A stretch of DNA of 59,259 nucleotides, taken from the IMG/VR virus record IMGVR_UViG_3300048599_000301, positions 1 through 59,259 of that record, one strand, 5' to 3'. Each line of letters opens with the position of its first letter. Within the stretch, counting starts at the first letter, position 1. The notes beneath the pieces were generated by a model, which worked only from the letters and a program-made list of their open reading frames with translations, did not search any database and was not told the DNA's origin. Origin of the DNA: a virus (Duplodnaviria > Caudoviricetes). This document shows, piece by piece, positions 48,055 to 56,609 of the stretch. The translations under genes and the position numbers were made by a program.

Positions 48055-48137
48055 CTCTGGATCAGTTAGTCAAGGTTCAAATCCTTGTTCCCCAGCTCCT
48101 GAAAGCCTTTCCTGACAACGAGTTAGGAAAGGCTTTT
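48055..48137 (+). repeat. attR core (duplicated tRNA-Gln 3' half and terminator)
   Basis: 83-bp identity to 85-167. Confidence 0.95.
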
Positions 48138-48567
48138 CTTATGCCCTGATGGTAGGGGGGGTGCTCAGCGCTATGCCGGCGCTAGGGCTGGCTAGCGACA
48201 GTGCCCCCTAGTGTCCTTCTGCAACATTGCGTCACCAGTGAAAAGAGGACCACCCGCAATCCTCCGTACCCTGGTGGGGTGTCCAGTGAGAACCCCACCG
48301 GTCGCTGGGCGTCAGTAGTCCGCATAAGCGTTTGCGGCTGCGTTACTTATGGATGGCTTAGCCTAGTGGCTACTTCCGTCTATTGACGGACGCAGGGATA
48401 TTCCTTATCAATGCAGTTGGCGAATCGCGAACCAGGCGGTTTCATTTCGATTCCCCTGGTAGTAGACTGGATTTAGGTGGGACGCAAGTCTCGCGTGGGC
48501 CGATAAGTGATGATGGTTTCGCCACGGATATCGGGTGAGATCGCGTCTTAAGAAAAGGGTTTGGGAT

Positions 48568-49038
48568 ATGTGTAACCTCCTCGAACTGGCGCAGAGCAAA
48601 GCCCGCGTTTACCGCGATGAGGTTGAGCTGTGGAAGACCGATCACGAACAGGCCATGCTGTTTTTTGCCTTCGAAGACGTAGTTGCGGACGGCATTCGAG
48701 TCTTTGAGCTGGTCAACCGGCTTGACGAAACCATTCGCACTCGCCTATATCAGAACGATCGCGAGTGTGGCGCGGAATCGCTTGCCGCGATCGACACGAT
48801 CTATGATTTGTTGCGCAGGGCCTGCGGCGCGATTGAAGACGTGCTGCCGAGTGTTGAAGCTGACTTTGGGGCCGTTCGGAACGCCGAGAAATTCCGCAGT
48901 GTCTGCCACGAGTTGCGATGCATGCAAATTCCCGATGAAGAGTTCTTTGCCGACGATGCCCTAGTGCAACTTCGCGATGAAGCGATAGACCAGTACCGAG
49001 GGGGCGAAACTCGTGAGCTCTGCGGGAACGACGGGTAA
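48568..49038 (+). CDS. Putative antitoxin
   Basis: Acidic ORF overlapping the downstream toxin; ends DEAIDQYRGGETREL. Confidence 0.6.
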   Translation: MCNLLELAQSKARVYRDEVELWKTDHEQAMLFFAFEDVVADGIRVFELVNRLDETIRTRLYQNDRECGAESLAAIDTIYDLLRRACGAIEDVLPSVEADFGAVRNAEKFRSVCHELRCMQIPDEEFFADDALVQLRDEAIDQYRGGETRELCGNDG

Positions 49039-49324
49039 CAGTAATCGCCGCGCCCCTGGCTTCAATGCCATGTTCGACAAGCTGCCGGAGCCTGTGCAGA
49101 CGGCCGCCAAGGCCGCTTTCGATCTATTCTGTCGAGATCCAAGCAACCCAGCACTGGAGCGGCACTTCCTGAAGGACACCAAGAAGGGGCGGCATAAGAT
49201 TGGAAGCGTTGCGGTTTCTGTGACCCGTCGTTACCGCGCAATCTACGTAGAGGACGGCGGGGTTAACATTTGGTACTGGATCGGCTCGCACGAAGCCTAC
49301 AACAACTACACAGGCAAGATCTGA
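49013..49324 (+). CDS. RelE/ParE-superfamily toxin
   Basis: FDKLPEPVQ...DPSNPAL...YRAIY...WYWIGSHEAYN. Confidence 0.82.
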   Translation: MSSAGTTGNSNRRAPGFNAMFDKLPEPVQTAAKAAFDLFCRDPSNPALERHFLKDTKKGRHKIGSVAVSVTRRYRAIYVEDGGVNIWYWIGSHEAYNNYTGKI

Positions 49325-49380
49325 TTTGCCTACGCCTCCCTGCCAGTGTCTAGTGAGAAGCCGCTCGCCTAAATGCGGTC

Positions 49381-49623
49381 TTACCTCGCCTCCCTCCGCC
49401 TCATCGCCCGATGGCTTCTCCCTGTCGCCTCCCGCATTCTGATGGGGCCGACCCTGAAGGTCTTCCTCGCCCACCGTCGAATCGTCGTCTCTTCCGTGGC
49501 CGGACCATGTAGCATCTCCTCGCCATACCAGTCCACCAAGATTCGGACTACGGTTCTGTCGAACTCCGTAACTTCGTCCGTATCCGCCGTTGGCTGCTGC
49601 TCTTGAGGTTCAGGCTTGGTCAT
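49381..49623 (-). CDS. Hypothetical protein
   Basis: Short ORF with a plausible RBS. Confidence 0.45.
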   Translation of the reverse strand: MTKPEPQEQQPTADTDEVTEFDRTVVRILVDWYGEEMLHGPATEETTIRRWARKTFRVGPIRMREATGRSHRAMRRREAR

Positions 49624-49742
49624 GGAACGCCTTCAAATAATAAACCCCGCCCACTCGCCGCTGCATGCGGCGTGCCGCCCATGAACGAAAAGCCCCGCCC
49701 CAGCATCGCCCGGGGCGGGGCCACTGTCAACCGTTTGCCTTC

Positions 49743-50228
49743 CTACGGCAGCCGAACGGCCGCCGCCTCGTCTGGGGTTGCGTAGGTCATCTGAATCATC
49801 GACCTAGCGACCAGCAGCAGCCGCTCGCTGTGCTCCTGCCCATACGGGGCTTGCTGTTGGCATAGTTCCATGAGCATGTCGTAGGTCTCGTGGTCGATGC
49901 CGCCGGCTGACCGCAGCTTCTTCGTATAAGCCTCGGTACTGAGTGTGGCCGGGTCTTGCCTGCCGGTGATGATCTGAAAGTGGATTCGAAGGACCATCTC
50001 CAAGACCGACATGAGCAGGATGCGCACATCCTGATACCGGCCCGCGCGATGGAGGTTTGCCGCTGTGCCAACGAGTGCAGCGTAGCAGGTCCGGACGTCC
50101 CGGTCCGTCAGAAGTGCCTCGACCTGCTGGCGGATGCGATTCTTGCGGGCCTCCTTCTGAACGGTCGTCATCTTCGGTTGCCGGTTGCTTGTGACGACGT
50201 TGTTCTCGACGTATGCGGTGGTGATCAT
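49743..50228 (-). CDS. Hypothetical protein
   Basis: GGAGGT RBS; coupled to the upstream ORF. Confidence 0.6.
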   Translation of the reverse strand: MITTAYVENNVVTSNRQPKMTTVQKEARKNRIRQQVEALLTDRDVRTCYAALVGTAANLHRAGRYQDVRILLMSVLEMVLRIHFQIITGRQDPATLSTEAYTKKLRSAGGIDHETYDMLMELCQQQAPYGQEHSERLLLVARSMIQMTYATPDEAAAVRLP

Positions 50229-51295
50229 GCGACACCTCCCACCACGGCCGTGGGTTCGTCGGCTTCTTCCTCTTCCTCAACCTCCGTGTCTTCGTCCGGC
50301 TCCTCGTCGTCACCGGGCCGCGCCAAGCCGTTGGCCGCCGCCTTGCGGAACTTGCGGGCAGTCTCCTCCAGGTCGGTTGCCAGGGCCAGCAGGATGCCTT
50401 CCAGGTCAATCCGGTCGTCGATCGCGGGCACGTACCACGGGCCGGCCACGTCAAACTCCAGATCGAACGTCTGGGTTCGCTCGTCCATTTCGCCGCCCAC
50501 GAACTTGTCGAAGCCGTTGGCCCGAAGGATCTGGGTCAGCGTCTGCCGCTTGGCGGGCCGCTTCGGGTCACAGTGACCCGCGGCGTGTCCGTTGGTCCGT
50601 TCAATTGGCTCACAGTGATCCGATTTTCGAGCCACCGGGCCGCTCTCCTCGTCGTCGTTCTCCGCGGGCTCGCTGGGCGGGTTTTGTTGCCCACGGGCAA
50701 CATTCTCCGCCGCCTCCTGCGCTCGATAGTCGACCAGATGGGCCAGCCCGTCGCGGACCTCATCGGCGGTCGGTAAGACTAGCACCATAGGCAACTGCTG
50801 GCATCGCTCGATGATGCCCCGGTCGCCCTCGAAAACGAACGTGTCGGTCGATTCCTCCGGGATCGGATCGCCGCTTTGAGTGACAACCCACCAAACGCGA
50901 TCCTCGGCCCACGAAAGCAAGCTGTTGGTCTGGTCGTTCAGCTCAACCATCCGGCGGAACGCGCTCTGCCGGGAATCGTGGCTACGGCGGTCGGTCTGCC
51001 ATGAGCCGAGCCAGCCGAACATGGGCACGCTCAACTCATGCTGGGGTTCCCAGCCTTCGGGCACCCTAAGCGGGATGGTGTGGAACTTGTGCTCCGGGTT
51101 GTCGGGATCGACCGTTCCGAGCACTTCGGTCCCCTGGGTGTCGATCGTCGCCGCCGCAACGAGCGTTGCCGGGTCGACGGTCGGGTCGTCGGGTTCGTAG
51201 CCGTCGAAGGCATCCCGGATGGCTTGGCGAATTGCGGCCTGACGGGAGACGTAGAGCGAACCGTTAGAACGAAACAGAGAGACTTGGGTAGCCAT
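50225..51295 (-). CDS. Acidic hypothetical protein
   Basis: AAGGAG RBS before MATQVSLF. Confidence 0.6.
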   Translation of the reverse strand: MATQVSLFRSNGSLYVSRQAAIRQAIRDAFDGYEPDDPTVDPATLVAAATIDTQGTEVLGTVDPDNPEHKFHTIPLRVPEGWEPQHELSVPMFGWLGSWQTDRRSHDSRQSAFRRMVELNDQTNSLLSWAEDRVWWVVTQSGDPIPEESTDTFVFEGDRGIIERCQQLPMVLVLPTADEVRDGLAHLVDYRAQEAAENVARGQQNPPSEPAENDDEESGPVARKSDHCEPIERTNGHAAGHCDPKRPAKRQTLTQILRANGFDKFVGGEMDERTQTFDLEFDVAGPWYVPAIDDRIDLEGILLALATDLEETARKFRKAAANGLARPGDDEEPDEDTEVEEEEEADEPTAVVGGVA

Positions 51296-51764
51296 GACTG
51301 GCTCCTTTCGCTGGCAGATTGCCAGCAAAGAAGACAGTGAGCCCACGTGCTCGGTTGATAAGCGGATCGACCGCCGACCGTGCGTTGCTCCCCCGCCGCT
51401 GCGGGTTCATCGCTTCAACACGGCCCCAAGTACGTGGGCTCACTGTCTGACGCATGGGTGTCCTTTCGATCGGGTTATCAAGCCCGGATGGCGGTTGCCA
51501 TCGCCCGTGATTATCGCTGATGCCTCCGGGAAAGTCAACTACCTCTGTTGGAGGGGTGGAATGATGATCTGGGCTGTGATGTCAGTGATGGACCGGCCGA
51601 TGGCCCAAAAATGACCTCCTGGCTTGCGTTTCCTCGTCACCGGATGAAGTTTTCGAAGGACGGGCCGGAAGACGAACCGAGCCGCCAGCGGGGCTCCTGG
51701 GCGATTCTAGAGGGTGTCGGGAAAAATCTTATCCAGCTTGCCAATTGTGATGTATGTTTGTCTA

Positions 51765-51836
51765 GCTGCCCAGGTCTTCAACCTTCCTGAGGCAGCACGG
51801 CCGCTGATTCCCTCTCAGCGGCCGTTTTTTATGCGC
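51765..51836 (+). ncRNA. Two-hairpin antisense sRNA, copy 2
   Basis: GCTGCC...GGCAGC stem, ACGGCCGCTGA/TCAGCGGCCGT stem, T6-ATGCGC tail; -10-like TATGTT at 51753-51758. Confidence 0.72.
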
Positions 51837-51906
51837 TGCATCGTCGGCGATCAAGTGGCCAAAATGACCACTTGAAAACAGCGTCGCCCCGGTGGTATCC
51901 TGATCG

Positions 51907-51979
51907 TGCTGCCTCACCCGCAAAGCTGAGGTAGCGCGGCCGCGTCGGGCTGCCCTCCGGCGCGGCCGATTTTGTGCGC
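51907..51979 (+). ncRNA. Two-hairpin antisense sRNA, copy 3 (complementary to start region of prophage gene 1131)
   Basis: Same scaffold; promoter TTGAAA-18-TATCCT (51872-51901); 51943-51958 pairs 15/16 with 1118-1133. Confidence 0.78.
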
Positions 51980-52031
51980 CCCCATGGCGCCGCCCCTTGC
52001 TTCCAGCCCGCCCCGGCGCTATGCTGGTGAG

Positions 52032-52112
52032 CGCTGTCTCGACCCATACAGACAAGCTGAGGCAGCGCGGCCGCGATGGAACCCCACCCTCCACGCGGCC
52101 GATTCTTTGCGC
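52032..52112 (+). ncRNA. Two-hairpin antisense sRNA, copy 4
   Basis: Same scaffold; promoter TTGCTT-17-TATGCT (51997-52025). Confidence 0.75.
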
Positions 52113-52203
52113 TGGCCGTCGGGCAGCCCACCTATTGCTCCGCGCCCACGCCGGCTTTAGACTGGCGGGCATCGATGGTGTGCTAACGAAAGGGGTGGTG
52201 ATC

Positions 52204-52548
52204 ATGGGCATGGTGGTTCTGTGGTGTGCGCTGTCCGCGATCGGTGGCCTGATTGCGCTGGTGGTCAACGGTCGCGTGCTGGCCGGGCTCGTGCTTGGGT
52301 TACTGCTCGGGCCGATCGGCTGGCTACTGGTCTTCTTTCTGTCCGACCTCCGCCAGCGTTGCCCGTCATGCAAGGGCGTGGTGGCGTCCGATGCGACCGC
52401 CTGCATGCACTGTGGAGCGAGCCTTATCACGCGACCGCTTCCTCAGTCCAGCGAGACGTTCTGTCAGAAATGCGGCGTCGATGGCATGTCGACGATGGAA
52501 TTCGGCCGGCGCGTGATGCGTTGCCCGAAGTGTGGAGCCAAGCTGTAG
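52204..52548 (+). CDS. Membrane protein with double zinc ribbons
   Basis: GLVLGLLLGPIGWLLV TM; CPSC..CMHC and CQKC..CPKC; promoter TTGCTC-17-TAGACT upstream. Confidence 0.75.
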   Translation: MGMVVLWCALSAIGGLIALVVNGRVLAGLVLGLLLGPIGWLLVFFLSDLRQRCPSCKGVVASDATACMHCGASLITRPLPQSSETFCQKCGVDGMSTMEFGRRVMRCPKCGAKL

Positions 52549-52611
52549 TCTCTTGGCGCGTTTCGTTGTTGTGGTGGTAATGCCGGGGATGGCAAGGAAA
52601 GGGGTAGATGG

Positions 52612-53388
52612 ATGGGGACCAGGCATCCAGTTCGTCTGCCAAGCAATTGGCGATTCTCCGCAAAGACCGGGCTGCTAGTGGGGATCGTCTTTGCTCCTGT
52701 ACTGGTCGCTATCGTGGCTATGGTCCGATACGAGATGTCTCGAGACACATGGATTCTCGATAATTGGGGTGAAATCACGGCTAGGCTCGAAGAAGCCGAT
52801 CGTATCGCGGAGTCGAATGAAGAGCAAGCATGCGCAGTCATTGAGGTGATTCTTGAGGATGCGTCTCGCCATCCTTCCGATTTCGAGCCGGCCAAAACAA
52901 GGCTGGAGGAATCGCGGAAGAAACTTCGCAAACTGCAATCCATCATTCGACGGAAGGAAGCTGATCGCGAACGGGAGTATCTCGCGGCGTTAGAACGAAA
53001 GCGTGCTCGCGATGAGGCTGATTGGAAACGCCAGCAGGAAGAGTCGCGGCGACTTGCCGCCACGAGGCGAGCAGAGGACGAGAAACGCGAAGCAGCGGAG
53101 GCCAGCAAGGTGCTGTCTTATCCGCTGGCAGTTGGGGAACGCGGCCGGCTCGAACGCCCCGTTCGAATCATCCAAGTCTTGCGGCACAATCAGGCGCTCG
53201 CGGAGATAATGTGGAACAGTTCATCTTCAACAACCGTGCTCTTGTATGACATACCGACTACGAACTGGGTCGATGGTGACGAGTACACCCTGGCGGGCCG
53301 GTGGTGTGTCGGCCCGCCATCGCAATACATAACGGTGCTGGGGGCGAAACGTACAGTCACGTCGTTTTTCCTGATGTCAAGCCAGTAG
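52612..53388 (+). CDS. Single-TM coiled-coil protein
   Basis: GLLVGIVFAPVLVAIVAMV; charged coiled coil; C-terminal beta domain (YITVLGAKRTV). Confidence 0.65.
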   Translation: MGTRHPVRLPSNWRFSAKTGLLVGIVFAPVLVAIVAMVRYEMSRDTWILDNWGEITARLEEADRIAESNEEQACAVIEVILEDASRHPSDFEPAKTRLEESRKKLRKLQSIIRRKEADREREYLAALERKRARDEADWKRQQEESRRLAATRRAEDEKREAAEASKVLSYPLAVGERGRLERPVRIIQVLRHNQALAEIMWNSSSSTTVLLYDIPTTNWVDGDEYTLAGRWCVGPPSQYITVLGAKRTVTSFFLMSSQ

Positions 53389-53393
53389 CCCGC

Positions 53394-55265
53394 CTACCCC
53401 GCCGTCTGGTTGACGGGGCTCCCCGGAGCGACGCCCCAGGGCAACGCCAACTCCGCCACGGGCCCCAGCGATCCGTCGGCACCGATCAAGGCCACGGCCA
53501 CATACTCCGCTGCCGTCTGCTTATGGAACGTCTCAAACGAGGTCCGCACCTTGGATGCCGTGACCAGCTCCGTCGGAGTCGTGAACGTCGCCACCGGTGA
53601 TGTGGCCGAATACCAGACGCCAAAGGAAAGACCCCAGACCGAAATCGGATGCGCGATGCCCCAGGTGATCGTAGCGACGCCCCGCTTGATCGTCGAAGCC
53701 AGGTTGACGACGCCGGGAAGCGGGTCGGCGATCGGCGGCCCATCGTCGCGGAACGTGTAGATTCTAGTCGCACTACGTCGGGCCCCGGCGAACAGTGTGC
53801 TGTCGTGCGTGGTCCACATCTCGTAGGTGCCCGGGGCGATGGCAACGCCGGTCAACGTCTTCTGGGCCGCATCTCCCTCGATCGTCCCTAGGACGGTCAC
53901 GGCGCCGGTCTCGACATTCCGCGCGTAAATCGTCGTCCGGTCGGCATAGATGGCAATGGTGCGGCACAGCGAGACCTTGGAGTGGTTGGCTCGTGCGTCG
54001 AATCTCGCCAGGGATATCTTGCGTTTCTGTGCCCGCGCGTCAACGCGGCTCAGCGAAACTTTCCTGTGCGTCGTCCGCACCTCTTCGACGGCATCCACGC
54101 GACACAGCGATATCTTGCTATGTGGCCGGCGGTCCAGATCCTGGGCCATGAGCCGCATTTGAGCGGACGCCGGCAGTTGGGCGGTCTTTGCTGACGCAAT
54201 GCCTGTCTGTGCGATGAGCCGCATGGAGGCCGACGGCAGACGCGGCACGCCCTGCACATACACCTCAACCGAGTCAGTGGCGTCCTCACACTCGCCGGGA
54301 GCGGTAATCGTGTAGGTAGTCGTCTCGGTGGGGCTGACGGTGGTGGAGCCGCTAGGTGGGACTGCGCCGACACCGTTGTCGATGGAGGCGGATGCCGCGT
54401 CGCTCCAAGACCAGGTGAGCGTGACGCTGCCGCCCTCGAGGATGCCCATAGGCTCGGCGGAAATGGAGGCGTGAGGCTCAAGCGGCGGAGGCAGCGTAAA
54501 CGCCTGCGTCGTGCTTCCGTTGGTGTTCGTGGCCGTGAATTCGATCTGCTCGGCCCCGGTGATGCCGGTTACCGTGGCCGTGAATGAACATGCCGTCGTG
54601 TCGGGGCTATTCGGAGTGCCGCCGCTGATCGGGTTGCCTTCGCTGTCCAGGAGCCGATAGGACCACGAGTCTGCGCGACTGATGCCGACACTGGCGCTAT
54701 GGGTGAGCGGAGTGCAGCCAGTGACGCTAAGGGTGGGCGTACCGAACCACGGCGGACTGGATTCCACCAGCACCTGGACACTGCTTGTCCCAGACTCATA
54801 GGTTCCTCCACCGCAATACTCGGCGGTCCAACTCACATACCCCGTCGTAGCGCTCGAGCCAGCGTAGATAGGGACATCGACCTCCGACGGGAATGAGGTC
54901 AGCGCCGGAATGAGGGTCATTGATTCCCATGCTGGACACGTCACGTACCCATTGAAATACGGATGACCGTAGCCGTCATAGCAGTCCGGGCACGGGCCGT
55001 TAACTCGGACGCGAACCGACCCCTCGACGCGCACGCCCTCGGGCGGACGAAACACCTTGTCGCCGCAACGGTAGGTAACGGAGAGAACTTCAACGAGTGG
55101 CATGTTAGGATTCCTTTCCTGTTTGGTTTGCGCGGCCGCCTTGAGCCTGTCCAATCCGCTCCGGCCGCTGGCCATTGGCCTCTGAAGCACGACCGACAGC
55201 AGGACCGCCGCCAGTGCGGTGATCGCGATGAACAGCGACACCACCCACAGAACTGCGCGCCCCAT
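53394..55265 (-). CDS. Homologue of prophage tail adhesin 4714-7545 with an in-frame N-terminal TM extension (second start at 55103)
   Basis: MPLVEVLSVTYRCG...TCPAWESMT...TSFPSEV and IYARN...APGTYE...AEL.LPW...SP.NQTA shared; DUF2341/LamG block absent. Confidence 0.85.
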   Translation of the reverse strand: MGRAVLWVVSLFIAITALAAVLLSVVLQRPMASGRSGLDRLKAAAQTKQERNPNMPLVEVLSVTYRCGDKVFRPPEGVRVEGSVRVRVNGPCPDCYDGYGHPYFNGYVTCPAWESMTLIPALTSFPSEVDVPIYAGSSATTGYVSWTAEYCGGGTYESGTSSVQVLVESSPPWFGTPTLSVTGCTPLTHSASVGISRADSWSYRLLDSEGNPISGGTPNSPDTTACSFTATVTGITGAEQIEFTATNTNGSTTQAFTLPPPLEPHASISAEPMGILEGGSVTLTWSWSDAASASIDNGVGAVPPSGSTTVSPTETTTYTITAPGECEDATDSVEVYVQGVPRLPSASMRLIAQTGIASAKTAQLPASAQMRLMAQDLDRRPHSKISLCRVDAVEEVRTTHRKVSLSRVDARAQKRKISLARFDARANHSKVSLCRTIAIYADRTTIYARNVETGAVTVLGTIEGDAAQKTLTGVAIAPGTYEMWTTHDSTLFAGARRSATRIYTFRDDGPPIADPLPGVVNLASTIKRGVATITWGIAHPISVWGLSFGVWYSATSPVATFTTPTELVTASKVRTSFETFHKQTAAEYVAVALIGADGSLGPVAELALPWGVAPGSPVNQTAG

Positions 55266-55376
55266 GATTCCGCCCTCCAGGAATGCGAGTGTTTACCCTA
55301 ACCACCTGCATCCTAAGCCTCTCAAATGAGCGCGCAATACCTCTAGCGGGTGGCGCGATAAGATGACTGGTTGTGG

Positions 55377-55712
55377 TCATTTGCTCTTCTCCTGCATCGC
55401 CGGATGGCAGGCGAACACGCGGAACGGGAGGTATCGCGCGAGTGCGTCCATATCGGGCTTGGTCGCATCGACAACGATCGACGCTGCCCCCAGGCTCAGC
55501 GCGTCGCGTAGCACGCTTTCCACGGCCAGCGCCGTCGGGAGGATCAGGGGAGCCAACTTCCTGCCAGCCCGCTCGATGAACTCGCGGACGCCTGCCTCAT
55601 CGGTCCAGATAGCCAGGTGCCATTTGCCATCGCCATCGGTGAAACCGACAAGACCGTCGGTCGTCAGGTCCAGCGCCGCGAAGAGCGGGAAGTCCCATGC
55701 AAAGTCACTCAT
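55377..55712 (-). CDS. Hypothetical protein
   Basis: GGAG RBS before MSDFAWD. Confidence 0.55.
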   Translation of the reverse strand: MSDFAWDFPLFAALDLTTDGLVGFTDGDGKWHLAIWTDEAGVREFIERAGRKLAPLILPTALAVESVLRDALSLGAASIVVDATKPDMDALARYLPFRVFACHPAMQEKSK

Positions 55713-55859
55713 TGCTGTCTCCGCCTGCCATGGTCTCGATCCTTCAAGAGTTGTTGTGTTGGGAAATGGGGCCCGGCCGGCATGGCTCAACACCGACCGG
55801 GCCCGCGCCGGCCGCATGGTTTGGAGTCCGGAAACCATGCGGCACGGCGCACCGCGGGT

Positions 55860-56609
55860 TTACGCTTCCAGCCGCTTGGCTTGGATCGTTTGCAACTGAG
55901 TCTCAAGCTCGCGTTTGCGGGGCTCAAGCTCTTTAATCTTGGCGTCGGCCCGCTCGGCCGCCTGCTGGTAGTGACGGGCCACGTCGGCTTGGTCGCCGCC
56001 CTTCAAAATGTCGTGCATGGGAGGGAGCCCCAGCACAGGGTGAACGTCGTCATACTGCCAAGCCTTGGGCCGCTTGGTCGGGTCGGTATGATACCGCTCG
56101 CGTTCCCGGCACGCTTCTGCGTAACGACGCAGTTGGTTCAAGATCGTGCTGACGGATTGCAGCCCCCGGCCTAGCTCGCGCTCCTGGTCCTTCAGGTATT
56201 GCGGCGCGGAGTCGATCAGCTCGCGGGCGGCGAACGCGCATTCCGCCGACTTGTCCTCAAGCTGGAGTAGCTCGGCCTCCATCGGCGCCATGACGTCGTT
56301 GTAGTGGGCTTCGGCCTTTGCATCCCAGTCCGCCTTTTCGCGCTGAAGGCGTTCTGCCAATTCGGCCTTCCGCTTGGTGATCGCTGGCCCCTTGGCTGCC
56401 ATCTCGGCCAGTTGACGCCGCCGGAGAATGGCCTTCACGTCTGCTTGGAGGTCTTCGGCCTTCTTGCCGGCCGCGTGCAAGACCGACTCGGTTTGCACAA
56501 CGTCGATGGGCTTGCCGTCGGCGTAGGCTCGGACTAGTGCGGGGTAATCCGCAGCTTTGGTTTTCTGGCGACTGACAAGCGCCGCCAATGCATCGAGGAC
56601 AGTACTCAT
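55860..56609 (-). CDS. Coiled-coil hypothetical protein
   Basis: AAGGAG RBS; heptads. Confidence 0.6.
   Translation of the reverse strand: MSTVLDALAALVSRQKTKAADYPALVRAYADGKPIDVVQTESVLHAAGKKAEDLQADVKAILRRRQLAEMAAKGPAITKRKAELAERLQREKADWDAKAEAHYNDVMAPMEAELLQLEDKSAECAFAARELIDSAPQYLKDQERELGRGLQSVSTILNQLRRYAEACRERERYHTDPTKRPKAWQYDDVHPVLGLPPMHDILKGGDQADVARHYQQAAERADAKIKELEPRKRELETQLQTIQAKRLEA

Larger units (their letters stand above)
85..48137. mobile_element. Complete temperate prophage (~47,970 bp between att cores), siphovirus-like
   Basis: att direct repeats, integrase, terminase, portal, capsid, tail tube and tape measure genes in canonical order. Confidence 0.95.

Noticed and set aside
48055-48095. 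Second tRNA gene
   Set aside because: Only the 3' half from the anticodon loop is present; it is the attR duplication.
51765-52112. CRISPR or TIGR array, or plain repeated terminators
   Set aside because: Units are spaced by promoter-like sequences, carry variable segments inside hairpin loops, lack box C/D motifs and have no recognisable Cas/Tas gene nearby. A plain terminator would not explain conserved hairpin 1 or the target complementarity.
4714-55103. Diversity-generating retroelement or invertible tail-fibre switch linking the two adhesin genes
   Set aside because: No reverse transcriptase or invertase in the window, no adenine-specific TR/VR pair, and both genes lie on the same strand.
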